Positions 12,258 to 22,563 of a stretch of DNA of 64,000 bases are shown one piece after another (within the stretch, counting starts at the first letter, position 1; each line of letters begins with the position of its first letter). The position numbers and the translations under genes were made by a program. Origin of the DNA: Macrostomum hystrix (taxonomy: Eukaryota; Animalia; Platyhelminthes). The stretch covers positions 1,674,001 to 1,738,000 of the forward strand of contig CATNEN010000025.1 in NCBI GenBank assembly GCA_950097015.1, in the 5' to 3' direction. A model generated the notes under the pieces. The model did not search any database. It was not told the origin of the DNA and was given only the letters and a program-made list of their open reading frames with translations.

Positions 12258-12672
12258 AGGAGGTGGGAGCAGCTGAAGGTATCACTGAAGGACGGTGGGA
12301 GCAACTGAAGGTGACACTGAAGGACGGTGGGAGCAGCTGAAGGTGTCACTGAAGGATGGTGGGAGCAGCTGAAGGGGTGACACTGAAGGACGGTGGGAGC
12401 AGCTGAAGGTGTCACTGAAGGACGGTGGGAGCAGCTGAAGGTGTCACTGAAGGATGGTGGGAGCAGCTGAAGGGGTGACACTGAAGGACGGTGGGAGCAG
12501 CTGAAGGTGTCACTGAAGGACGGTGGGAGCAGCTGAAGGTGTCACTGAAGGATGGTGGGAGCAGCTGAAGGGGTGACACTGAAGGACGGTGGGAGCAACT
12601 GAAGGTGTCACTGAAGGACGGTGGGAGCAACTGAAGGTGTCACTGAAGGACGGTGGGAGCAGCTGAAGGTGC
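12258..12672. repeat. 32-bp minisatellite, about 13 copies
   Basis: Unit GGTGGGAGCAGCTGAAGGTGTCACTGAAGGAC. Confidence 0.96.
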
Positions 12673-13134
12673 TACATCCTAACGGGAGTGAGGATAATGG
12701 TTTAGTTTTAGCGCAAGATCTCTTCCTGAAAATTTATTTTGTGAAGAAAATTTTGTCCAGAATCAAGAATAGCTTTAATATATATTAAGCAGTCATGTCA
12801 CGCATTTGGCAAGCATTGTACCCTTTTCAGGCTATTAAGAATTCTGGGCCACATGTATTATTCTCTTACGAAACGGGTGAAAAATTAGAATTTGTATTTC
12901 GAAATCTAAACGCATTGAATTGAATTTCGGAACCACTATTTTAAAATAAACTTTTATTGAAATTAGATTACCCATCAATAATTTAGAAACAGACGGTAGG
13001 CATACATTCTATGAAGGAATTTATCAAGAATTAAAGAATATCAAGAATGGAAATATAAAGAATATCTACATCCTAATTTATTTGCACTGGAAAATCGTGC
13101 TTTTAAATTGTAAAGCGATGCTCATCTATCTCCT

Positions 13135-14008
13135 GCCTTCTGTCTCCTCTGCCTCCAGTCTCTTCTGTCTCCTCTGTCTCTTCTGTCTCCTCTGTCTCCT
13201 CTGTCTCCTCTGTCTCCTCTGTCTCCTGTCTTCTCTGTCTCCTCTGCCTCATCTGTCTCCTCTGTCTCCTCTGCCTTCTCTGTCTCCTCTGTCTCCTCTG
13301 CCTCCTGTCTCCTCTGCCTCCTCTATCTCTTCTGTCTCCTCTGCCTCCTCTGTCTCCTCTGTCTCCTCTGCCTCCTCTGTCTCTTCTGTCTCCTCTGTCT
13401 CCTCTGCCTCCTCTGTCTCACCTGCCTCCTCTGTGTCCTCTGCCTCCTCTGCCTCCTCTGTCTCCTCTGCCTCCTCAGTCTCCTCTGCCTCCTCTGTCTC
13501 CTCTGCCTCTTCTGTCTCCTCTGCCTCCTCTGTCTCCTCTGCCTCCTCTGTCTCACCTGCCTCCTCTGTCTCCTGCCTCCTCTGTCTCCTCTGCCTCCTC
13601 TGTCTCACCTGCCTCCTCTGTGTCCTCAGTCTCCTCTGTCTCCTCTGCCTCCTCTGTCTCTTCTGTCTCCTCTGCCTCTTCTGTCTCCTCTGCCTCTTCT
13701 GTCTCCTCTGTCTCACCTGCCTCCTCTGCCTCCCCTACCTCCTCTGTCTCCTCTGCCTCCTCTGCCTCCTCTGCCTCCTCTGCCTCCTCTGTGTCCTCAG
13801 TCTCCTCTGTCTCCTCTGCCTCCTCTGTCTCTTCTGTCTCCTCTGCCTCTTCTGTCTCCTCTGCCTCCTCTGTCTCCTCTGTCTCACCTGCCTCCTCTGC
13901 CTCCCCTACCTCCTCTGTCTCCTCTGCCTCCTCTGTCTCTTCTGTCTCCTCTGCCTCTTCTGTCTCCTCTGCCTCCTCTATCTCCTCTGCCTCCTCTGCC
14001 TCCTGCCT
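13135..14008. repeat. 9-bp pyrimidine-rich repeat
   Basis: Interleaved TCTGTCTCC and TCTGCCTCC units. Confidence 0.96.
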
Positions 14009-14129
14009 CACACTCATTTGTCATTCTCATTGTTAGCCACAAAATCCGCCAGACGGACGATGAAAACCAAATTTTAACTGCAAATTGCAATTGTCACGCC
14101 TGGCTTTGTCTTAGTTACCACCGATAAAC

Positions 14130-14260
14130 AATTGCTCATTGTGCGCAGTTCAATTAGGTCAGTTTCTTTTATCTCGAATGAGCTTGATGTGTGGAATAAT
14201 TAATCGCAAACAATTATCGATAGCATTTCTAATTGCTTATTTAATCAAGGCAGTCATTTA
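14130..14260 (+). mobile_element. Possible decayed LINE (CR1/L2-like) ORF2 3' fragment
   Basis: One frame reads SFISNELDVWNNLSQTIIDSISNCLF, reminiscent of the FFSxRVVxxWNxLP...F tail of CR1/L2 ORF2. Short and degenerate. Confidence 0.3.
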
Positions 14261-14865
14261 TCAGCCAAATCAATCTGTATATATAATTCATATTTGCTGA
14301 AAATTTCGCACCCCACGTGTAATTTCGCTTCATAGAAAAACGGACAGAAAGAAAAAAAGAGATTCTTCTATTGAATACATAATTATTAAACTTGTGTTTT
14401 TTATCATTACTATAAATTATCTTCATTACTCATAGTCAATTTTAGATGTGAAAAAATCATATTCAAACCGCACTACTAGCCAGCTGCTTGAGTAGTACAA
14501 ATCAAAAGATAAGAAAGAAACAGCTGTGCATTTTAACATTTGACTGGACTCACATAGAAATCATAGAAATCAGCTCTTCTAAAGTAAAACAAATCACTAA
14601 AAAGGCCAACAACTTGACGAAATAGCTTGAAGGAAAATGCAGAAATTCATAATCTTAGTTAAACAAATTAGACAGCTGAATAGAATAAGCTGAATAAGCA
14701 GTGCTGGATGGATGACAACAAACGTGTAAATTAAAAGGGCTAGGAATGTATTTAAGTAAGTTCACTGTCAAGCATAAAGTATTCGATTAATATATCTTTT
14801 TCTTGGTCCGTTGATCTGCTTTTTGGTTCGTAGATCAAACCTGTCTTTAATAAGAGTCGAATGCC

Positions 14866-15241
14866 AATCTACAGACAAATAAATTGATCTACGGACCAAT
14901 AAATTGATCTACGGACCAATAAATTGATCTACGGACCAATCAATAGATCTACGGACCAATAAATTGATCTACAGACCAATAAATTGATCTACGGACCAAT
15001 CAATAGATCTACAGACCAATAAATTGATCTACGGACCAATAAATTGATCTAAGGACCAATAAATTGATCTACAGACCAATCAATAGATCTACGGACCAAT
15101 AAATTGATCTACAGACCAATAAATTGATCTACAGACCAATAAATAGATCTACGGACCAATAAATAGATCTACGGACCAATAAATAGATCTACGGACCAAT
15201 AAATAGATCTACGGACCAATAAATAGATCTACGGACCAATA
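14866..15241. repeat. 20-bp minisatellite just 3' of the ZDHHC gene
   Basis: Unit TGATCTACGGACCAATAAAT. Confidence 0.96.
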
Positions 15242-15333
15242 ATGAAATCAATAGACTAAGATTTAGTGAGCTTTACTATGAATCCTGTCTGTGAAATATA
15301 TCTACAGATCATCTGCTGATACCCAGATGGCGA

Positions 15334-17994
15334 TCACACTGCACCCGAAGTGCAGCCATTGCCATTGGCCACCTCGACCGGCCCCACAGTCGAGAGAAGC
15401 TCGTGCGATCTAGTTCGCAGATGAAAGTACTCCAATAGGTTGGCGACTAGTCCGCCATCGAACGGATTCCGGAACCGACCCTTCGAGTCGTGGAGATAAG
15501 CGTAGCGGTTCCGGTTCATTGTCTCGTTTGTAGTGATGTTAAGCGCCGCATGGTACCACTGTGGGGTTGGGTTGATGTTGAACAAATATATGGGTCGGGA
15601 ACTATTTTCAACGAAGCCACTTTCAATTAGCAACTTCCATACCGAGCAGGAGCAGCCAATTAGTGACACTAGAGTGACAAAGCAAGCGAAGGCCATGAAA
15701 GCTGAGGTCAGGTATTCGAATCCCGTAGCTAGCAGGCACTGGTAGAGCAGGAATGCGGCCAACAGACCGCAGATAGCGGATGCGGTTGTCAGTAGGGCAA
15801 ACCACTGGCTGCATCGATGAGAAAAGGTTGAAAAAGAAGGACAATTTATATTTTTGTATTAGCTACAACATGAGCTTAAACACGGTTAAGCGCAGCGAAT
15901 CGGTACACACACCTCAGCAGCCCCAAACCCATAGCACTTCACTCCGCAGTCAACAACCCAAACCCATAGCACTTCACTCCGCAGTCAACAACCCCAAACC
16001 CATAGCACTTCACTCCGCAGTCAACAACCCCAAACCCATAGCACTTCACTCCGCAGTCAACAACCCCAAACCCATAGCACTTCACTCCGCAGTCAACAAC
16101 CCCAAACCCATAGCACTTCACTCCGCAGTCAACAACCCCAAACCCATAGCACTTCACTCCGCAGTCAACAACCCCAAACCCATAGCACTTCACTCCGCAG
16201 TCAACAACCCCAAACCCATAGCACCTCACTCCGCAGTCAACAACCGTAATCTCTAACACCCCGCAGTCCACAGCCACGAATCCAAAGGATAGAGAAAGGC
16301 CTCTCACCGATTTCCATCGCCGACGCAGTTGTCAAAGTACGGACAGTGATGATCCATATCTCGGACACACCTGTTGCAAATTCGGCAGTGCTTGGCTCTC
16401 GCTGGCCGCACTAGACGGCAGGTATGACAGAGTCGGGGCCGACTGTCTGGACTGTCCTGCAGGCAGCCGGCCAGCGCCATCGCCTTGTCGTAGTCGTCTG
16501 GCATCGGCGACAAGAAACCCGGATCGGCAACGGAGCAGCGCCAATAGGCGATGGTGGAGATTGCGACGGCGATTAAAAAGGCGACGTTGAAGGAGAAGAA
16601 TTCGGCTGCAGTCAGGGTCCAGACGCGCCAAGCGTAGACTGGCAGGGCGAAGGCGGAGCAGACAAGCAGCAGGCAGATGGCTGGACTGCGGCTTCGACCG
16701 GGTGGACCAAACAGGCGCTGGACAATGGCCGCCAGAAAAGCGTAGGGCGACAACGGACTGGAGCTTCTTGACAGGGAGTCGTACCGCATGTAAGATGCCA
16801 CTTCGTAATGCCTGCGAGCTTCGGCTAGGGCTAGAGGACTGCGGCCCAGCCTGCATGTGTACAGTGGGAGATTGATCATGGATCAGTCAGTGGGAGATGG
16901 TCATCAATCAGTCAGTATAATAGGCTCTGTCACCTGTCAATCGCATCGGGATCGGCTCCGTACCGCTGTCGGAGGTCGCGCACAGCGGGCAGGCAGCCGG
17001 TCAGGCAGGCCAGGTGCAGTGGAGTGTGGCCGTGCGTGTCCCTGAGCCGGACGCTAAGGCCAGAGTACACAAGCAGGCTAACCAGATCCGGCAGGCCCTG
17101 GTATGCGGCCCAGTGCAGCGCCGTGTCTCCCTCGGCGTCGGCGGCGTTCAGGCGAGCGCCGCGACCCATCAAGTAGGCAGCGGCGTCCGCCTGGCCAAAT
17201 TGGCTGGCAGCAATGAGCGGCGTGCAGCCGCGACCGTCCGGCGCGTCCAGATCCTCGGTGGCTCCAGGCTGGTCCAGGAGCAGCCGCATCGCAGCCAGGT
17301 GGCCGTTGACGCAGGCCCAGTGCAGCGGCAGCTGGCCGGCTGAATTCGGCGTCTGGCAGCGGGCGGGGCCGAGGACGCGCAGCACCGCCGTCCGGCCGGC
17401 GAGGGCCGCCCAGTGCGCCGGCGAGTTGCCGGCCGAGTCGCGCGCCGAGTCCAGCGAAGCGGCGCCCTGGCGCTGTGCCAGCTGGGCGAGGAGGCCAGCC
17501 CTGCCTTGGAGTGCGGCCGCCAGGATGTCTTCAGCCGGGGTAGCCGAGGATGTCGACGCTGACGGCACGGAAGGCTACGATTTTTTTGTAATTATTTTCC
17601 TCTTTTAAACCAAAAACGCTTGTGAAGCATTTTTTCTGGCATTCTTATCCCTATATCTCCAGCAAAAATGTTTCCCTATCGCTTGAGTTCATCCAATTGT
17701 GAAATGGGTATCAGCTATGATAACTATTTCTACTTATCTTTTTTACACGAACGACTTTTCACTAGCTCTGAAGCCTAAACCAGATGCCAAGCTCACCAGC
17801 GATTCCGCAGCTGTCGGTCGGCGCACCCGGACCGTCTCCTCGGCTCGCTTAGCGGACAGTCTGATTGATCGCGGCCCAGACGGATTTCCGATGCCAAACT
17901 CGTCGTAGATGGTCCGATTCATTTCGATTATGAGGTCGGAAAACCAGGCGCAATAGCCGCCAGTCAGGGGCGGCGAGCTGACAGTCCGATCCAT
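15334..17994 (-). CDS. Ankyrin-repeat DHHC palmitoyltransferase (ZDHHC13/17- or Patsas-like), about 590 aa; exons 17994-17797 (tentative), 17574-16934, 16850-16308, 15808-15643, 15558-15334
   Basis: Ankyrin repeats ([53 protein letters not shown]), TM segments, DPG motif, intact DHHC-CRD ([37 protein letters not shown]), then NITTNE and RNPFDGG motifs. All junctions are GT-AG and phase-compatible. The first exon and start codon are the least certain part. Confidence 0.88.
15915..16245. repeat. 36-bp minisatellite in ZDHHC intron 3
   Basis: Unit AAACCCATAGCACTTCACTCCGCAGTCAACAACCCC. Confidence 0.96.
17631..17776 (+). mobile_element. Degenerate CORE-SINE-related repeat, copy A (in ZDHHC intron 1)
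   Basis: Clear direct-repeat partner of 18968-19115. Contains GCTTGAGTTCATCCAATTGTGAAATGGGTATCAGC, which resembles the CORE 3' half. Confidence 0.65.
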
Positions 17995-18044
17995 GCGGAG
18001 GCTGCGAGCTAGATTAGGGGACGTTTGCAGGAATACAGCCACCT

Positions 18045-18412
18045 TACTCTCTCCGACAACAGCAGCCACCTCACTCCCTGCCCCAGCAGCCGCCACCTCA
18101 CTCCCTGCCCCAACAGCCGCCACCTCACTCCCTGCCCCAGCAGCCGCCACCTCACTCCCTGCTCCAACAGCCGCCACCTCACTCCCTGCCCCAACAGCCG
18201 CTACCTTACTCGCTGCCCCAACAGCCGCCACCTCACTCCCTGCCCCAGCAGCCGCCACCTCACTCCCTGCTCCAACAGCCGCCACCTCACTCCCTGCCCC
18301 AACAGCCGCTACCTTACTCGCTGCCCCAACAGCCGCCACCTCACTCCCTGCCCCAACAGCCGTTACCTCACTCCCTGCCCAAACAGCCGCCACCTCACTC
18401 CCTGCCCCAACG
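18045..18412. repeat. 27-bp minisatellite just upstream of the putative ZDHHC ATG
   Basis: Unit CAGCCGCCACCTCACTCCCTGCCCCAA. Confidence 0.95.
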
Positions 18413-18461
18413 ACCGCGTGCTTGTCGAGCTCCAAGCCAAGGTCAACCCCTGAGGCAAAGA

Positions 18462-18603
18462 AAGTGTAAACTGCCTGATGGCTAGAAAGTCAGGGCAGAT
18501 GTACACACACGTTTGGGAAAGTCCGCCTGTGTACAAATACGTGTGCGTGTGTGCTCAGGGTTCAGCGAAATGAGCAGAATTGCCTCCTCGCTGGCTGCGA
18601 GTG
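18462..18603 (+). mobile_element. SINE family 2, 5'-truncated copy
   Basis: ACTGCCTGA..AGAAAGTCAGGGCAGATGTACACAC ... GTGTGTGCTCAGG ... GAATTGCCTCCTCGCTGGCTGCG. Confidence 0.72.
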
Positions 18604-18967
18604 ACTGTCGACGAAAAAATATAGGTTCTTTGAACAAATTTTTATTAATTCTTGTAAGCTACGAGTATTATTAATTGCCACGTGTTTCTTCAACCTTCAC
18701 ACAATTCCACTTGTGCGTTGACTAATATGCATGTTTTATCTAGTATCAACATTATTCTCTCACAAAAAATGAGAGAATACAATCTTTATAATTGTTTTTT
18801 ATTCAATTTACACGACTCAGACCAAATACATAACAAAACTGCTGCTAGCTCATGACGAACTATCAAAGTAGTACAATAAGCTAGTAGCAGGTACCAATAA
18901 AACTGTAGATGCTACTTGTTTAAAAGTGTATATGGATGCTCATAAAAGTACATAGGTCAGCTGCCTA

Positions 18968-19115
18968 TTTTTCTGGCATTCTAATCCCAAAATCTTTGGC
19001 AAAAAAAACTTTTTCCCCATTGCTTGAGTTCATCCAGTTGTGAAACGGGTACCAGCTATGATATTTTTTACTTATCTTTTTTACATGAACGCCTTTTCAC
19101 TAGTTCTGAAGCCTA
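18968..19115 (+). mobile_element. Degenerate CORE-SINE-related repeat, copy B
   Basis: Aligns along its length with 17631-17776 and contains ATTGCTTGAGTTCATCCAGTTGTGAAACGGGTACCAGC. Confidence 0.65.
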
Positions 19116-20724
19116 TTACAATAATAAATTGTCATTAGTGTTATAATTTTATTATTATTATTATTAAATGGATGCTTCACACCCTAGTATATATACTATA
19201 TAATAAAATATGTTAAAATATGTATATTATACTACTTAGGCACACATACATATGTACATTCCGATGGCAAATTACAATACCATAGTGAATAAATAATGCT
19301 ACATCTCTGACTGACTCCTATATCATTTTATAAATTAGCAGTATATTATTGTCTAACTAACTACAGAAGCAACAATCGAAAAATCTATTACAACGGAAGT
19401 AGGACTAGGCGTACAAATATCATGGCATAGGCAATTAAACAATTTTAGTGCAGAGAAACACATGCCCTTCTAACCTAGGCATACCTCACATATGTTTCAA
19501 CCTTTCCTATTGTAGACTAGCAGCCATTCTCCATTACTCTTATATTTGTACTACATCTAGTTGTCTTGTGACAGTGTTGTGACCTTGGTATTGCTGCTGC
19601 AACCCGAAACCCTAAATTATGTACCTTCGTAAAATCATTTCGGATTTAGGAAACAACATCATAATTTATATCCATTTTATTCCCGGTGATCATGCACAGA
19701 AATTGTTACAACTTTTCACATGTGTTATTGTGTATGTTTGTTGAACTGTCAAAATATTTCAGTCAAAATGTTACTGTGGGCATGGGTACAAACAATTTAT
19801 GATATAGAGTAGATGTGTGTACTACTTTATTATATATTTTCAATAATTTATAACACTATCCGCTTTAAGAGACCTGGGCAAAACGTGAAGACTTCGTTTG
19901 AATAAAAATTTGTAACTTACCAGCATGGAAAATCTCTGTTGTATCAAACGGGTCGAATGAAAATGCTTTAACCAAGTACGAAAACATTGTTATTCAAGCT
20001 ATTCACACTATTATTTAACACCTGAAAAGCGTTCTACTATCTAGTCTATTGACGAAGCAATTCGGCTCAAAATTTAGTAGTTCTGTGTATAGAAGTGCAA
20101 TGAATTCTAGAACCTAGAATATGCTAGAACCATTTTTTAAATAGTTATATTAATGAAAAATTGTTAAATTTCCCAGCTTAAAAAACCGCTGTGAAGCTTA
20201 ATATTATTCTAGAAATGCTGTACAAAAAGATATAATAAATCATAGGATGTTTTTTTAAATGCATTTAAATTTCTCTATTGTGCATCTGCAATATTTCTAT
20301 AAGCATTATCAATTAAAAGCATTTAATATTTGTTTTAAATTTTCAAAATAACTCCGTAAACGCTTTAGGGATACTAAGGCAGACCTTATCAATAGTAAGT
20401 TAAAATATACTGAACTGTATACTGAATTGTATTCTTAAAAATTGCAATGTGAATATAAGCCTATATTTAGAAAACATGTTTAGTTTTTTCTTTTTGTCTA
20501 ATTCGCTCACAATTATGAATATGCAGCAAAATTGTGGTGAATTTTATTATATGCATAATGACCGCGAAATATTAGTTAATTTCCCGCAAACGTTTTTTTA
20601 AAGATATAGGCAATTATACATTATGCAGTTGATTGCTTTAATTTTAGCTGTACAAAAAATTGATGCTGATTATCAAGCCATTCTGAGCTCGAGCGTTCGA
20701 CTTAGTTAAACTTTTTTATAGTTG

Positions 20725-20980
20725 TGTTGTGTATTGACTGACTGAATGCTAATTTTCGCATACTGCCACTATGAGTAGTGCAGTGAGGAAGCTAGTAGTT
20801 TCTAGAACCTTCTGTAGCCAGAATATTCTAGAACCTTCTATAGTCCGTGTTTTCTAGAACTTTCGATATAACATATCAGCTACCTATAAATATATGGACA
20901 CAAAGCTATCACAAAAAGGATAACTGCTCAATTTAGAATCTGCCAACAAATCCGTTGTTCCCTTCGTTCACTACATAACA
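20725..20980 (+). mobile_element. Solo LTR (256 bp) of an LTR retrotransposon
   Basis: Starts TGTTGTGTA and ends TACATAACA (8/9 inverted match, TG...CA). Flanked by a perfect 5-bp direct repeat AGTTG (20720-20724 and 20981-20985). Internal TATA box at 20885. Confidence 0.85.
20799..20892 (+). promoter_or_regulatory. Cluster of three heat-shock elements plus TATA box inside the solo LTR
   Basis: TTCtaGAAccTTC (20800-20812), GAAtaTTCtaGAAccTTC (20821-20838) and TTCtaGAActTTC (20852-20864) all match the alternating nGAAn HSF consensus. TATAAATA follows at 20885-20892. Confidence 0.8.
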
Positions 20981-21123
20981 AGTTGCTTGTCGCAATCGCA
21001 GATGAACGTAAATAGTTTTATTTTTCGCTCATCTCAGCAGCATAAAACAGCCTCTTTGATGCCAGATTAAAAATTTATGAAATTAGACTATTTATAAACA
21101 TGCACAAATTCAACTTCAAACAA

Positions 21124-22563
21124 CTAAAGGTAAGTGTCCATCGTAGCTCCCACCGAAAGAGCGCGCACCTTCACGCCGGTTTCATCTTCGATATCGTCGT
21201 CCTCAGGTTCAAAATAAAACCGATAATAGCAGAATTCGCTGAAAGTAACTAACAGCGTTAGACCGAAGCCAATCAGCAGTAGAAGCAGTGGACCGTAGAA
21301 GGAGCCGACTCGATAGGGTAGGCCAAGCCGCAGCTCGGATAGCCATTCAAACACAAGACCTTTGCTAGCTGTATCAATCGAATTGTGGGCCCGCACGCTG
21401 GCCAGTTGAATTTCTAGCTGTGCCAAGCGTCCGTTAGCTAGTAGCTTGACAATGCTGGCGTCCGCTTGGCGCACCAGATCCAACGGTCCGGCTAGGCTGA
21501 TCCAGGCCACCGATCGCGCCACGAATCCGAGCGAATAGCTTTGGTTCTTGTCAACGGCCAATAGATTTGCGCAGGCAAACTGGTGCGTCAGTAGTAACAG
21601 CGGTGGTTCAGTTTGGCTTAGTGGCTGCTGCAGCAGTTGCTCAAGGCCGGCCGAGTCAGACGACACGGGAGTAAAGTTTGCTCGCGCCAACGGCTCTGGC
21701 CTGGCCCAGTCGGCGCACAGCGGCTCCCCGGCTGCGCAGAGGACCCTGCGACCTGTCGACTGACCTGGCGAGAGAATCTCAGCCAGGCCGGCGCTAGCCG
21801 AGACCGGCTCGCCGCGAGTCGTCAGGAACACTAGCACCGTGGCCGACAGGTAGGCGATGGCGATGATGAAGGCGAAGAGCCACCAGATTATGCCAAGCAC
21901 GCGTCCGGCTGTGCTTCTAGGGCTGCGAGGATAACCAATCAGCAGCAGGGCGGCGGTTGAGAAGGCCAGCACGTGAAATGGTCCCATTGGTTTTTCACCG
22001 CTATTGCGACTCAGGCGACGCGCATGCGATGGGCGCATCCCGATGGGGTGGACCGCCTCCAGGATGGTCAGAAACGAGATCGACAAGAGCAGACACAGCA
22101 GCAGAACCGACCAAACGGACGAATGGAACACTGTCAGAAAGTACATGCCGTCGCGATTCACCCCGACAGTTGCTGTGGTCGAAGCTTGGCGTCGCCAGAT
22201 CAGGCAGGCGTCGAGCGACGTCAGCGGCTGTGAGACTACCAAACCCGTCGTCGCATTCGCTGCCAGACGCAGCACTTCCGAAGTCGCCGATGTGACAACT
22301 AGCTCGCGTCCGGCCATGGCTCGTTGTAGAGCTTGCGGATCGGCTTCGAACACTCGACGGCCTGCAGCGTCGTCGAAGACGCGACCTCCGTCGCCAGGCC
22401 AAGTGGCGTCTCGGACAGCGCTGACGAGTTCATTCAAGAGGCTTTGCTGCCCCGCAGTTAGGGCCGGCTCAATTAGTGGCAGGCTGATGTTGATGGAACC
22501 AGTTGCTATGGCAACTAATTTAAATAACAGTAGCGCTAACGGTAGAGTAGTCGATGGCGCCAT
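21124..22563 (-). CDS. Intronless divergent ionotropic glutamate receptor / IR-like channel subunit lacking the amino-terminal domain, 479 aa
   Basis: Signal peptide, short S1 ending SQPLTSLDACLIWRRQ (cf. SKPFMSLGISIMIKKP), M1 FLTVFHSSVW, pore and M3 region GYPRSPRSTAGRVLGIIWWLFAFIIAIAY (cf. [24 protein letters not shown]), S2, M4 GPLLLLLIGFGLTLLVTFSEFCYY, C-terminal DTYL. Minus-strand AATAAA at 21022-21017. Confidence 0.85.
   Translation of the reverse strand: MAPSTTLPLALLLFKLVAIATGSINISLPLIEPALTAGQQSLLNELVSAVRDATWPGDGGRVFDDAAGRRVFEADPQALQRAMAGRELVVTSATSEVLRLAANATTGLVVSQPLTSLDACLIWRRQASTTATVGVNRDGMYFLTVFHSSVWSVLLLCLLLSISFLTILEAVHPIGMRPSHARRLSRNSGEKPMGPFHVLAFSTAALLLIGYPRSPRSTAGRVLGIIWWLFAFIIAIAYLSATVLVFLTTRGEPVSASAGLAEILSPGQSTGRRVLCAAGEPLCADWARPEPLARANFTPVSSDSAGLEQLLQQPLSQTEPPLLLLTHQFACANLLAVDKNQSYSLGFVARSVAWISLAGPLDLVRQADASIVKLLANGRLAQLEIQLASVRAHNSIDTASKGLVFEWLSELRLGLPYRVGSFYGPLLLLLIGFGLTLLVTFSEFCYYRFYFEPEDDDIEDETGVKVRALSVGATMDTYL
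22502..22515. promoter_or_regulatory. RFX X-box-like palindrome within the 5' coding region of the IR-like gene
   Basis: GTTGCTATGGCAAC differs by one base from the canonical GTTGCCATGGCAAC and lies 48-61 nt downstream of the ATG. Confidence 0.4.

Noticed and set aside
19921-20021. 101-nt minus-strand segment bounded by TTTTCAG and GTAAGT
   Set aside because: It has stops in all frames. It could be a ZDHHC 5' UTR exon, but this cannot be supported without transcripts.
20100-20215. Additional TTCTAGAA half-HSEs as a second LTR
   Set aside because: Only two-unit matches, and no TG...CA termini with a TSD were found.
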